Shown: positions 29,624 to 44,000 of the stretch, piece after piece
Layout: every line of letters begins with the position of its first letter
Position numbering within the stretch: the first letter of the stretch is position 1
Source of the DNA: an uncultured bacterium
Lineage (GTDB): Bacteria; Krumholzibacteriota; Krumholzibacteriia; JACNKJ01
DNA: 64,000 bases
Direction of reading: 5' to 3'
Assembly (NCBI GenBank): GCA_963695095.1
Contig: CAVOFT010000001.1
Location: 3,072,001 to 3,136,000 of the forward strand
Program-made: the position numbers and the translations under genes
Notes under the pieces: model-generated
What the model was told of the DNA's origin: nothing
Database searches by the model: none
The model's input: the letters and a program-made list of their open reading frames with translations, nothing else

Positions 29624-29774
29624 CGCCCAGGGGATCCTGGCCGACCCGCCCCCGGGGGCGGGCCGCCCCAGCAGGATATCCGCTAAATCACAGTTTGCCA
29701 CTTATCATTCAAGCATCGAAAAGCTGCTTTGGCCGCTGGCGCGCCTGCAAAGCCCTCAGTAAATTGGACCCTGA

Positions 29775-33409
<3,635 letters not shown>

Positions 33410-33424
33410 CCGGGAGGAACCGCG

Positions 33425-34427
33425 ATGGAGATGAAGACCCGCTACCTGGGCCTGGAGCTGAGAAACCCGCTCATGCTCTTCAGCCTCGCCCGTCAACCTG
33501 GACCTCGACGCGGCCCGCCGCTGCGAAGATGCCGGCGCCGCGGCCCTCGTGATGCCCTCGCTCTTCGAGGAGCAGATCCTCGCCGAGTCGCGCGAGATCG
33601 ACCACTACCTCACGCACGGCACCGAGAGCTACGCGGAGGCGCTCAGCTACTTCCCGGCCCAGGGCGACTACCGCCTGGGCCCGGAGCGCTATCTGGAGAC
33701 CCTGCGCGCGCTCAAGTCGAGCCTGGAGATCCCTGTCATCGCCAGCCTCAACGGCGTCTCCGAAGGCGGCTGGACGGCCTACGCCCGCCACATGGAGGAG
33801 GCCGGCGCCGACGCCATCGAGCTGAACGTCTACTTCATCCCGACCGACCCCCAGCTATCGGGCCGCGAGGTGGAGCAGCTCTACGTCGACGTGCTCAGCC
33901 GGGTGAAGGCCAGCGTCAAGATGCCGGTGGCCCTCAAGCTCAGCCCCTTCTTCAGCAACATGGCCGAGATGGCCGCCCGCTTCGACGCGGCCGGCGCCGA
34001 CGGCCTGGTGCTCTTCAACCGCTTCTACCAGCCCGATCTCGACCTCGATGAGCTGGTGGTGCGCCCGAACATCCTGCTCAGCACGCCGCAGGCAATGCGC
34101 CTGCCCCTGCGCTGGATCGCCATCCTGCACGGGCACCTGCGCGCCAGCCTGGCCGCCACGAGCGGCATCCATACCGCGACAGACTGCCTGAAGATGCTCA
34201 TGGCCGGCGCCGACGCCGTGATGCTGGCCTCGGCGATCTACCAGCGCGGGCCGGAGGTTTTCGCCGAACTGCTCGGCGGCATGCAGACCTGGATGGAGGA
34301 GCGCGAGTACGATTCCGTGGAGCAGCTCAAGGGCAGCATGAGCCAGAAGTCGGTGGCGGAGCCGGCGGCTTACGAGCGCGCCCTCTACGTGCGCGCCCTG
34401 CAGCGCTTCGCCGGTCACGCTGGCTAG
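33425..34427 (+). CDS. dihydroorotate dehydrogenase-like flavoprotein, frameshift near 33480-33500
   Basis: TRYLGLELRNP in one frame, then SLFEEQI, IASLNG, ELNVY, KLSPFF, LFNRFYQPD. Confidence 0.88.
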
Positions 34428-34471
34428 CGCCTGCTGCGGGCGCCCCGCCGTCTTTTCGCGAAGGGAGTCCC

Positions 34472-36559
34472 ATGCTCGAGGCCCTGCTCATGCCGCGTTC
34501 GGTCGCCATCGTCGGCGCCTCCGCTGCGCCCGGCAAGGTCGGCCAGGCCGTCCTTGCCAACATGATTGCCGCCGGCTTCCCGGGCCGCATCGTGCCCGTG
34601 AATCCGAAGGCCGACACCCTGCTCGGCCTGCCCTGCCTGCGCAGCCTCGCCGACCTGGACGAGAAGCCGGACCTGGTGGTCATTGCCGTGCCGACCCCGG
34701 CCGTGAAGGGCGCGGTGACCGACGCCATCGCCGCCGGGGTCGGAGCGATCATCGTCATCACCGCCGGCTTCAAGGAGACGGGTCCGGAAGGCGCCGCCCT
34801 CGAGGCGGAGATCACCGCGCTTTGCCGCCGTGCCGGCGTGCGCCTGATGGGCCCGAATTGCCTGGGGCTCATCAACACGCAGGCTAAGCTGAATGCCTCC
34901 TTCGCCAAGCAGACGCCCAGCGTGGGATCGATCAGCGTGCTGTCCCAGTCCGGCGCTCTCTGCACAGCCATCCTGGACTGGGCAGCCGGCCGCCATCTCG
35001 GCCTCGCCAAGCTGATCAGCATCGGCAACAAGGCGGATCTGGACGAGACGGACTTCCTCGAAGCCCTGGCCGAGGACGAGGCCACGCGGGTCATCGTCGG
35101 CTATCTCGAAAACATCACGGCCGGGGACACCTTCATCAAGCGCGCCGAGGCCGTGGCTGCCCGCAAGCCCGTGGTCATTCTCAAGGTGGGTACCACCGCC
35201 GCGGGTAGCAAGGCGGCCTCCTCGCATACGGGCAGCTTGGCCGGCGCGGACATCGCCTACGGCGCTGCCTTCAAGCGCGCGGGCGTCATTCGCGCCGAGG
35301 GCTTCGAGGACATGTTCGACGCCGCCACGGCGCTGGCCATGCAGCCCCTGCCCCGCGGCAACCGGGTGGCGATCATCACGAATGCGGGCGGGCCAGGCAT
35401 CATGGCCGCCGACGCCGTCGAATCCTCGGGCCTCGTCGTGGCCAGCCTGGGCGAGGAGCTGCGCTCCGAGCTGGCCCGCCAGCTACCCGCAGCCGCCAGC
35501 GTGGGCAACCCCATCGACGTGCTCGGCGACGCCGGTCCCGACCGCTACGCGATGGCCGTGGCCGCTGCCCAATCGGCGCCAGCGATCGATGCGATCATCG
35601 TCATTCTCACCCCGCAAGCCATGACCGACCCCGCCGCCATCGCCCGCGCGATCGCGCAGCACGCGCATGGCGCCAAGCCCCTGCTCGCCGTCTTCATGGG
35701 CGGCCAGGAGGTGATGCCCGGCCGCGACGAGCTGGTGGCGGCCGGCCTGCCCGACTACAGCGCCCCCGAGCGAGCCGTGCGCGCCCTCAAGGCGATGGTG
35801 GAGTACGCCGCCTGGCGCGAGCGGCCGCCGCGCATCGTCACCCGCTTCCCCGTCAACCGGCGGCGCGTCGAGCGCATCCTCAGCCGCCACCTGCGTACGG
35901 GGCGCAAGCAGATGGGTGAGGTCGCCGCCAAGGAAATCCTGCGCGCCTACGACTTCAACGTGCCGGCCGGCCGCCTGGCCACCACCGCGGATGAGGCGGT
36001 GGAGATCGCCGAGCGCGTGGGCTATCCGGTGGCGATGAAGATCGCCTCCCAGCAGGTGGTGCATAAATCCGACCTGGGCGGCGTCCAGCTCAGCCTGGCC
36101 ACGCCGAACCAGGTGCGCGACGCCTTCGAGCTGATGATGATGCGCATCCCCAAGCGCGTGCCCCACGCCCGCCTGGACGGCGCCTACGTCGAGAAGATGT
36201 GCGCACGCGGCACGGAGGTCATCATCGGCATGACCCGCGATCCCCAGTTCGGCCCGATGATGATGTTCGGCCTCGGCGGCATCTTCGTCGAGGTGATGAA
36301 GGACGTCACCTTCTACCTGGCGCCGATCACCGCCGACGAGGCGATGCAGATGCTGATGGGCACCCGCTCCTACGCCCTGCTCAAGGGTGCCCGCGGCAAG
36401 GAGGCCGTCGACTTGGCAGCGATCGCCAGCGGCCTGCAGCGCATCAGCCAGCTCGCCACGGATTTTCCGCAAATCGCCGAGCTGGACATCAATCCCTACA
36501 TCGTGGGCGAGCTGGGCAGCGAGCCCGTGGTGGCCGACGCCCGCATCACCCTGGCTTGA
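34472..36559 (+). CDS. ADP-forming acetate/acyl-CoA ligase, fused alpha-beta
   Basis: AIVGAS, GPNCLG, SQSGA, SHTGSLAG phospho-His, NPIDVLGDA, HKSDLGGV, ELDINP. Confidence 0.92.
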   Translation: MLEALLMPRSVAIVGASAAPGKVGQAVLANMIAAGFPGRIVPVNPKADTLLGLPCLRSLADLDEKPDLVVIAVPTPAVKGAVTDAIAAGVGAIIVITAGFKETGPEGAALEAEITALCRRAGVRLMGPNCLGLINTQAKLNASFAKQTPSVGSISVLSQSGALCTAILDWAAGRHLGLAKLISIGNKADLDETDFLEALAEDEATRVIVGYLENITAGDTFIKRAEAVAARKPVVILKVGTTAAGSKAASSHTGSLAGADIAYGAAFKRAGVIRAEGFEDMFDAATALAMQPLPRGNRVAIITNAGGPGIMAADAVESSGLVVASLGEELRSELARQLPAAASVGNPIDVLGDAGPDRYAMAVAAAQSAPAIDAIIVILTPQAMTDPAAIARAIAQHAHGAKPLLAVFMGGQEVMPGRDELVAAGLPDYSAPERAVRALKAMVEYAAWRERPPRIVTRFPVNRRRVERILSRHLRTGRKQMGEVAAKEILRAYDFNVPAGRLATTADEAVEIAERVGYPVAMKIASQQVVHKSDLGGVQLSLATPNQVRDAFELMMMRIPKRVPHARLDGAYVEKMCARGTEVIIGMTRDPQFGPMMMFGLGGIFVEVMKDVTFYLAPITADEAMQMLMGTRSYALLKGARGKEAVDLAAIASGLQRISQLATDFPQIAELDINPYIVGELGSEPVVADARITLA

Positions 36560-36573
36560 GGCCGGGAGAGACC

Positions 36574-38460
36574 ATGCGTACGGCGCCAACGACAGGACCA
36601 CAGATGGACGAGAACTGGCAGCAGACCTATCACGATCAGATCCTCACCCCCGACACTGCGATCGGCAAGATCAAGCCGGGCCAGCGCGTCTTCATCGGCA
36701 CGAGCTGCGGCACGCCGCAGGCCCTCGTCAAGGCCCTGGCCGAGCATGCGCCGGACCTGTCCGACACCGAGATCGTCCACATGCTCAGCATGGGCGATGC
36801 CCCCTACGCCCAGCGCGAGCTGGCGGGCACCTTCCGGGTGAACAGCTTCTTCATCGCCCCCAACGTGCGCGATGCCATCCAGGAGGGCTTCGGCGACTAC
36901 ACGCCGATCTTCCTGTCCGAGATCCCGCGCCTGTTCGCCTCGGGCCAGCTGCCCCTGGACGTCGCCCTGATCCAGGTCAGTCCGCCGGACGCGCGCGGCT
37001 TCGTCTCGCTCGGCATCTCGGTGGACATCGTCAAGAGCGCGGCCGAGAATGCCGCCCTCGTCATCGCCCAGGTCAATCCGCAGATGCCGCGCACCCATGG
37101 CGATAGCCTGGTGGACATCAACGACATCGATTGGCTGGTGCCGGTGGACGAGCCGCTCATCGAGTTCCAGACCGTCGAGCCCGACGACCTCACGCGCAAG
37201 ATCGGCGAATACGTGGCGGCCCTCGTCGACGACGGCTCGACCGTGGAGCTGGGCATCGGCCGCATTCCCCACGCGACGCTGGAGTTCATGGCCGGCAAGC
37301 GGGAGATCGGCATCCACACCGAGATGCTCACCGACCAGATCATCGACCTCATCGACAAGGGCGTGATCACCGGCGCCCGCAAGTCGCTGGACCGGGGCAA
37401 GGTCGTCGCCAGCTTCTGCATGGGCACGCGACGGCTCTACGATTACATCGACGACAACCCGACCTTTGCCTTCCATCCCACGGAGTACGTCAACGATCCC
37501 TTCGTGATCAGTCGCCAGCAGAACATGGTGGCCATCAACGTGGCGCTGGAGATCGACCTTACCGGCCAGGTCTGCGCCGACACCATCGGCGGCCGCTTCT
37601 TCTCAGGAATCGGCGGCCAGGTGGACTTCAACCGCGGCGCCGCTCGCTCCCACGGCGGCAAGGCGATCATCGCCCTGCCCGCCACGGCCAAGGGCGGCAG
37701 CATCTCGCGCATCGTCGCCCGGCTCTCGCCTGGCGCCGGCGTGGTGACCACCCGCGGCGACGTGCACTACGTCGTCACGGAGCACGGCGTGGCCTACCTG
37801 CACGGCAAGAGCGTGCAGAATCGGGCCCTCGCCCTGATCAGCATTGCCCATCCGGATTATCGCGCGCAGCTCCTCAAGGACGCCGTGGATCTCAAGTACG
37901 TGCGGCCGGAGATGCTCGCCGTGGGCGACCGCCTCGTGGTCGGGCCCCAGGAGCTGCGCAGCAGCTTCGTCCTGGACGACGGCACCCAGATCAACTTCCG
38001 GCCCATCCATCCCACGGACGAGCCGCGCATGAAGGAGCTCTTCTACGCGCTCAGCCGGGAGACCGTCTACTACCGCTTCATGCAGGCGCTGACGCGCATC
38101 CCCGAGCGGCAGGTGCTGGATTTCGTCTTCGTGGATCATCGCCGCGATGTGGCCATCGTGGGCGCAGTGCCCGAGGCTCATGGCGATGAGCTCGTGGCCA
38201 TCGGCCGCTACTACCTCGACCCCGTCACCAATCGCGCCGAGGTGGCCTTCACCGTGCGCGACGGCTGGCAGCGCCGCGGCATCGGCACCTACATGCTGCG
38301 CAACCTGATCACGATCGCCCGCCGCAACGGCATCAGCGGCTTCACGGCTGAAGTGCTGCGCGAGAACCGGCCGATGCGCTCGGTCTTCCACAACAGCGGC
38401 TGCAAGGTGAGCACGCGCCTGGAGGGCGGCATCTACCACTACGAGCTGGAGTTCGTGTAG
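36574..38460 (+). CDS. acetyl-CoA hydrolase/4-hydroxybutyrate CoA-transferase family fused to C-terminal GNAT acetyltransferase
   Basis: LGIGRIP, GIHTEM, SGIGGQVDFNRGA, VVTEHG; C-terminal AEVAFTVRDGWQRRGIGT. Confidence 0.92.
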   Translation: MRTAPTTGPQMDENWQQTYHDQILTPDTAIGKIKPGQRVFIGTSCGTPQALVKALAEHAPDLSDTEIVHMLSMGDAPYAQRELAGTFRVNSFFIAPNVRDAIQEGFGDYTPIFLSEIPRLFASGQLPLDVALIQVSPPDARGFVSLGISVDIVKSAAENAALVIAQVNPQMPRTHGDSLVDINDIDWLVPVDEPLIEFQTVEPDDLTRKIGEYVAALVDDGSTVELGIGRIPHATLEFMAGKREIGIHTEMLTDQIIDLIDKGVITGARKSLDRGKVVASFCMGTRRLYDYIDDNPTFAFHPTEYVNDPFVISRQQNMVAINVALEIDLTGQVCADTIGGRFFSGIGGQVDFNRGAARSHGGKAIIALPATAKGGSISRIVARLSPGAGVVTTRGDVHYVVTEHGVAYLHGKSVQNRALALISIAHPDYRAQLLKDAVDLKYVRPEMLAVGDRLVVGPQELRSSFVLDDGTQINFRPIHPTDEPRMKELFYALSRETVYYRFMQALTRIPERQVLDFVFVDHRRDVAIVGAVPEAHGDELVAIGRYYLDPVTNRAEVAFTVRDGWQRRGIGTYMLRNLITIARRNGISGFTAEVLRENRPMRSVFHNSGCKVSTRLEGGIYHYELEFV

Positions 38461-38474
38461 TCCAGGCGCGCCGC

Positions 38475-40958
38475 CTAGCGGATCAGCGTGAACTTCCCCA
38501 GCTTGTCGGGATAGCCGGGCGCCGCCACCGTGAACAGGTAGACGCCACTGGCCACCTGCTGGCCGTTGCGGCTGATCAGGTCCCAAGTTCGAGTGCCGGT
38601 GGCCGCGTAGTCCCCGCCCGCAATGGCCGCCGCGGCATCGTGGTGCAGCACCTGCACGAGATCCCCGGCCAGCGTCCAGATGCGGATGGTGCAGGGCGCG
38701 GCCGGCAAGTGGCGGAATTCCACCTTCAGTCCGCTCGGGTCCTGCGCGTTGGGTTCCAGCGCCCAGGGCGCCATCGATTCCCGCGTGGCCGGGTTCGGCA
38801 CCACGTAGACGGCATCGGCGTCGTAGGCCCAGCTCGGCTGGCTCGCGCTCTGGGGCACCGCCAGCCGGAAGCCGTTGCTCGGGCTCCCCTCCAGGCCGCG
38901 GGCGAGACCGATGACATGCCCGTTTGCGTCCAGGATCGGCAGATGGTCCTTGGCCGTCACCGCGTAGAAGTAGGGCACGCCCAGATTGACGTCGACGTCG
39001 CGCAGGCGGTAGTAGCGCCGCCCCTGCGGCAGCCCGAGCACGTCGCGGGCGAGGCCGATGGCGGTATCCGCGTCGGCGATGCTGAAGCCCGCCGGCGGCA
39101 GCCAGTCGCGCGCGCGCTGCAGCCAGGGCATCTCCAGCAGCACCTCGCTGTACCAGGTCACGAGCGTGGGATCGACATTGGGCTGGTAACGCAGGAGGTC
39201 CAGGCTGCGATCGGGCTTGAGGCCGTTGACCAGGTCCACCTCGTCCAGGAGCATCCACAGGTCTCCGGGCGGGCCGGTGGCGGCGCTCGTGCCCTGCGGC
39301 CGCGTCCAGTCGTCCGCGCGCCAGATGCGGTAGCCCTCGAAGTCGTAGTCGCCGGTCAGCTCGTCGGGCACCTGCTCGCTGAAGTTGTCCCAGAAGAGCT
39401 GATTGCCGCGCTCGCTGGGCCAGACACGCAGCGAGGGCGGCGGCGGCGCCGAGGCGGTGAGCCAGGGCAGCCGGTACTCGGCGCCGCCCACGCCCGTGCA
39501 CCATGGGAAGAAATTGTCGCAGCGGCTGTTGGTGAAGCTCTCCCACTGGCAGTCGGCGTTCACCCACACCCGGCTGCCCTTGGGCACGACCAGCGGATCG
39601 GGGCTCATCCCGCAGGGATCCCACCACTCGATCGTGCGCAAGGGATCGTAGATGAGCGACTCGGCGCAGTCCTTGCCGGTATCGGGATCCTCGTCCACGT
39701 CGAGCCAGAGCCCCTCCTCGGCGAAGGCGAGCTGCGTGGCGAGATCGAGCAGGTCCTCGGCGTCCGCCGCCGCGAGGAAAGCCAGCCGCACGCGGGCGCT
39801 GTCGCCGGGCGCGAGCTGGAAAGGCCCCACGGAGATGAGGTAGCGCCAGTCGCGCTCGCGTTCGTCCGGTGCGTCGAAGTGGCGCCGGCTGAGCAGCTCG
39901 TAGCGCTGATCGTCATTGACCGCCTCGCCGCCCTCGTCGAAAGGCGCGATGCGTGAGAAGCGGTGCCAGGCGTTCAGCTCCGGAGTGCCGCTGAACCAGG
40001 GCGCCCACTCGCCGAGCAGATCAGTGCTGTGCTCAAGGAGCATCAGGCCGAGCCGGCCCGGCGCGGGGCGGCTGGCGGCCGCGTCGCCGTCGCCGTCCCA
40101 GGCCTCGACGAGCTGCACCCTGAAGGCTCGGCTGGCCGGCCGCTGCGTCACGCAGAGGGTCTCGCGACGCAGGCGGACGCGATCGTCATCGAAGCCGCTG
40201 GCGCTGGAGCGATGGCCGACATCGGGATCCACGTAGAGCCCGATGTAGACGTCCTCGAGCTGGCCACCGCTCACGTTGCGCACCTGGTACTCGAAGGCGA
40301 TCGCACCGGCCAGGTCCGCCTGTTCCCACTGATAGCTCTCCTGGGTGACCTCGATGCCGAGCGGACTGTGATCGGGCGAGCCGAGCAGGGCCTGCGGGTG
40401 ATCGTCGCGGTAGCGACAGCGGAACATCTGGTTGCCGATGGCGGCGAAGTCCTCGTCCACGCGCCCATCGCCGTCGTTGTCCTCGCCGTCGAGAGGATCC
40501 TCGTCGACGGCCCCATCGGCATCGTCGTCGGGTTGAGCGCTCTGCAGGCGATTGCCGCCCGGCGCTCCGGCGAAGCTGGCATGAATGCTGTCCCAGCCGT
40601 GGTCGCCGGGAAAGAACTCGGGATCCGGCCAGGCCGTGCTCACGCGCGGGAGGCCATTGCGCCGCGCGCCTACCCACAGTCCGGCAATATAGAGGAACTC
40701 CACGCCGCTGCCGGCCGGCCACTGGGCCGAGGGCGCCCAGGAGATGTCCAGGTTCTCGCCGGGGAAGGAGCCGAGGAGGCCGTAGTTGGTCACGTTCATC
40801 TGCAGCTCGCCCACGTTGTGGACGAAGCGGCCGTCGATGACCTTCGTGCCCAGGGCCGGCGGCGCCGATTCGCTCCGCGCCGACCCGCGGCCGGAGCTGC
40901 CGATCAGCAGCCCGCAGACCAAGGCCATCTGCATGGCAATGCGAAACTCCGGCCGCAC
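38475..40958 (-). CDS. large secreted FCB-type protein with Ca-binding DxDxDG repeats and T9SS-like C-terminal domain
   Basis: DDDADGAVDED/DNDGDGRVDED; DFEGYRIWR; VYVVPNP...WDLISRNGQQVASGVYLF; start inferred from RBS. Confidence 0.78.
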   Translation of the reverse strand: MRPEFRIAMQMALVCGLLIGSSGRGSARSESAPPALGTKVIDGRFVHNVGELQMNVTNYGLLGSFPGENLDISWAPSAQWPAGSGVEFLYIAGLWVGARRNGLPRVSTAWPDPEFFPGDHGWDSIHASFAGAPGGNRLQSAQPDDDADGAVDEDPLDGEDNDGDGRVDEDFAAIGNQMFRCRYRDDHPQALLGSPDHSPLGIEVTQESYQWEQADLAGAIAFEYQVRNVSGGQLEDVYIGLYVDPDVGHRSSASGFDDDRVRLRRETLCVTQRPASRAFRVQLVEAWDGDGDAAASRPAPGRLGLMLLEHSTDLLGEWAPWFSGTPELNAWHRFSRIAPFDEGGEAVNDDQRYELLSRRHFDAPDERERDWRYLISVGPFQLAPGDSARVRLAFLAAADAEDLLDLATQLAFAEEGLWLDVDEDPDTGKDCAESLIYDPLRTIEWWDPCGMSPDPLVVPKGSRVWVNADCQWESFTNSRCDNFFPWCTGVGGAEYRLPWLTASAPPPPSLRVWPSERGNQLFWDNFSEQVPDELTGDYDFEGYRIWRADDWTRPQGTSAATGPPGDLWMLLDEVDLVNGLKPDRSLDLLRYQPNVDPTLVTWYSEVLLEMPWLQRARDWLPPAGFSIADADTAIGLARDVLGLPQGRRYYRLRDVDVNLGVPYFYAVTAKDHLPILDANGHVIGLARGLEGSPSNGFRLAVPQSASQPSWAYDADAVYVVPNPATRESMAPWALEPNAQDPSGLKVEFRHLPAAPCTIRIWTLAGDLVQVLHHDAAAAIAGGDYAATGTRTWDLISRNGQQVASGVYLFTVAAPGYPDKLGKFTLIR

Positions 40959-41032
40959 CCCGTCCTCCCCTCGCCGGTGGCGCTTCTGTAGAGATAGCAT
41001 GGATTTAGCGCGAGTGCGAGCCCGGAGCGACG

Positions 41033-44000
41033 CTACTTCACGAGCAGCAGGGTGCGGCTGGCGCGAAGGCCTCCGGCCTCGAGACGACAGAAGTAGGCCC
41101 CCGAGGCGAGCGGCGCGCCGTCGGCGCCACGGGCCTCCCAGCGCAGGCGATGCTCGCCCGCGGGCAAGGGCGCCGCGGCGAGCGGCCGGGCCACCTCGCG
41201 GCCCAGCACATCGAGAATGCGCAGCGTCACGCGAGCCGCCGCCGGCAGACCGAATCGCAACTCGGTGGCGGGGTTGAAGGGATTGGGATGGTTGGGCGCC
41301 AGGTAGAAGCCGCTGGGCGCCGGCAAGCTCGCCGTCAGCGTGCAGCCCACGGTGTAGAGGCCCACCAGGGCCGCGCAGTCGTTGTTCTCGGGCAGACAGG
41401 GCGAGGCATCGGCGAGCGTGTACTCGGCTCCCGTCACCGCGCAGTAGAGCGGATCCGCAGCGAAGCAGTCCCCGCCCGGCGTCTCCGCGTAGCCGGCATA
41501 GGGCTCGCTGCCATTGCCGAAGATGTCGCTGCAAGTCCAGAGCGTGGAACTGGGAGCGTCCGCCTCGTGGAGAGCGCCGCCACTCTGGGCCTCGTTGAAG
41601 GTGACGAGCAGGCGTTCGAGCGCGAGCGTGGCCGCGTAGGCCAGGCCGATGGCCCCGCCCCGCGCGGCCTGATTGTCGCTGAGCGTGGACTGGGCGATCT
41701 GCGGCGCGCCGCCGCTGAGGTAGACGGCGCCCCCGCTCTCGGCAGCCAGGTTGTCGTGCGCGAGCAGGTGACTGAACTGGGGAGCGCCGCCGAAGCTGGC
41801 CAGGCCGCCGCCGTTGCCGGTAACCGTGCCGTAGGCCTGGTTGCGGCGCAGGACCAGTCCCTCCACCTGCGACAGCGAGCCGCCCAGCACCAGGCCGCCG
41901 CCGGCGCCCTTGGCGCGACAGTCCTCGATCACCAGATTGCGCAGGGTGGGCGAGGCATTGCTCACGCGAATGCCGCCGCCGTTGTTGGATTCCCACTCGT
42001 AGTAGACGTGGCCGCCGCGAATCGTGAAGCCGTCGACGACGGCCCCTGGCCCCTCGCCGTGCTCGAAGTTGATTGCCCGGCCGGCCAGCTCGCAGTCGAT
42101 GATCGTCAGGGCCGCCCCGCCTTCGCTGCGCAGCACCACGTCGTGGCCGCCGAAGTCGAGCCGCTTGTTGCCCGGGCCGCGATAGGTGCCCGGCGCCACG
42201 AGCACGGTGTCGCCGTCGACCGAGACGTCGAGAGCGGATTGGATGTCCGCGTACTCCGCCGGCACGCGGTGCAAGGTGCCGCGCTGGGCGAGGAAGTCCT
42301 GACCGGAGATGTCGGCGATGACGTCGGTGTAGCTCCGGTAGGGCGGCGTGAAGGTGTAGTCTTGCGCCAGGGGCACGATGATCCCCGTCCAGTGGTCCGG
42401 CACGAGGACGAGGTAGTCGCCCCCGGCGTCCGTGTGCGCCTCGTAGAAGCTGCCGTAGACCCCGGCGCCGACCAGGGGCGAGCCGCCCGGGTCCGCGATG
42501 CGGCCGGCGATCGCGCGGTGGATGTTGTCGCAGCCCACGGGCAGCGGTCCGATGTCCAGGCCGCAGCTGTTGTTGGCGGCCGCGCAGGGGGAGTCCGCAT
42601 CGAGATGGAAGTCGCGGGTGAGCGGCGCGCAGAAGAGCGGGTTCGCGCTGAAGTTGCCGTCCTGGCCGCTCAGGTCGACGGCGCTGCCCCTCCAGTCGCC
42701 GCCGGCGTTGCCGAAGACATCGCTGCAGCTCGCGGCGAAGCCGGCGCCGCCGGCGGCCTCGAGGCCGCCGCCCTCGAAGCTGAAAACCGCCAGGCTCCGC
42801 GTCAGGGTAACCAGGCTGGCCTGATCCGCCCAGATCGCCCCGCCGCCGTTGTCGGCGCTGTTGAAGGCCAGCACGCTGGCCACGAACTCAGGCGTGGACG
42901 CCAGGCAGTAGAGAGCGCCGCCTCGATTCGCCGCGCTGTTGTCGTAGAGCTGGCAGCCCTGGAAGCTCGGGGCCGCGCCGGCGGCGCAGAACAGGCCGGC
43001 GCCATCGTCCGCAGCGGTGTTGTGGTGAATGACCAGATCGATCGCGGTCGGCGAGGCACTGATGCAGGCGAGGCCGCCGCCGTCCGTGAGGCCGTGGTTT
43101 TGCATGAGGATGAGATTCTCGAGCGTCGGCGCGCTGCCGATGCACAGGATGCCGGCGCCGGTCGTGTGGCGACCGTTCTTGATCGTGAAGCCGCTCAGCT
43201 TGGTCGCCGCCGTCTCGCCGCTCACGAAGAGGAAGCCGGGGGCCGCCGTCTGGCAATCGATGACGGTGACGGCCGGTCCGCCCGAGCTCAGGATGACCAG
43301 GTTCTTGCCGCCCGTGCTCAGGTTGCGATTGCCCGTTCCGGTGTAGGTGCCGGGCGCGACGCGCACGGTGTCGCCCGGCACGGCCACATCGATGGCCGCC
43401 TGCAGCGTGGCATACTCCAGGGGCACCTCGTGCACGTGGATGTTGCCCGTGCACGCCTCGCCGAAGCGGCCCATCTGCACGCCGCAACCGTTGCCCCCGG
43501 GCAGGCAGGGCGAGCTCTCGTGCAGGCCCAGCGGCGTACCGTCGCCGGCGGCCCCGCAGAACACCGGGTCGGTGGCGAGGTTGCCGCCGCTGCCGGTGGC
43601 ATCGGCCAGGGTGCCGGCGTAGCCGGGAGCGCCGCCGCCCCAGACGTCGCAGCAGGTGATGGCCAGGGCGGCGGACCCGGCGCCGTGCAGGCCGTCCGGC
43701 AGGTTCAGCGCCAGCAGGCAGGCGCTCAGCGTGGCCAGCGCCGCCCCGTCCAGCGAGAGGGCGCCGCCGACGCGCGCGGCCGTGTTGGTGTGGATGGTGG
43801 AGCCGTCCACGCTCGGCAGCGCCGCCCCCTCGCAGCGCAGGGCGCCGCCATGGCCGCCTTCGCTCGGTGATCCGGCGAGGCTCAAGGCCTGGTTGCCCTG
43901 CCAGAGACAGAGGCTGAAGGCGGGCGCGCCGTCCGCGATGAAGCAGGCGCCCCCATCGCCGCCGACGAGCTGGCCACCCGTGTCCGGCAGCGGGTAGGCG

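Noticed and set aside
29729..29745. Sigma-54 promoter upstream of PFOR
   Set aside because: GG-N10-GC spacing is present but the -12 element is GCGC rather than TTGC, which is too weak in GC-rich DNA.
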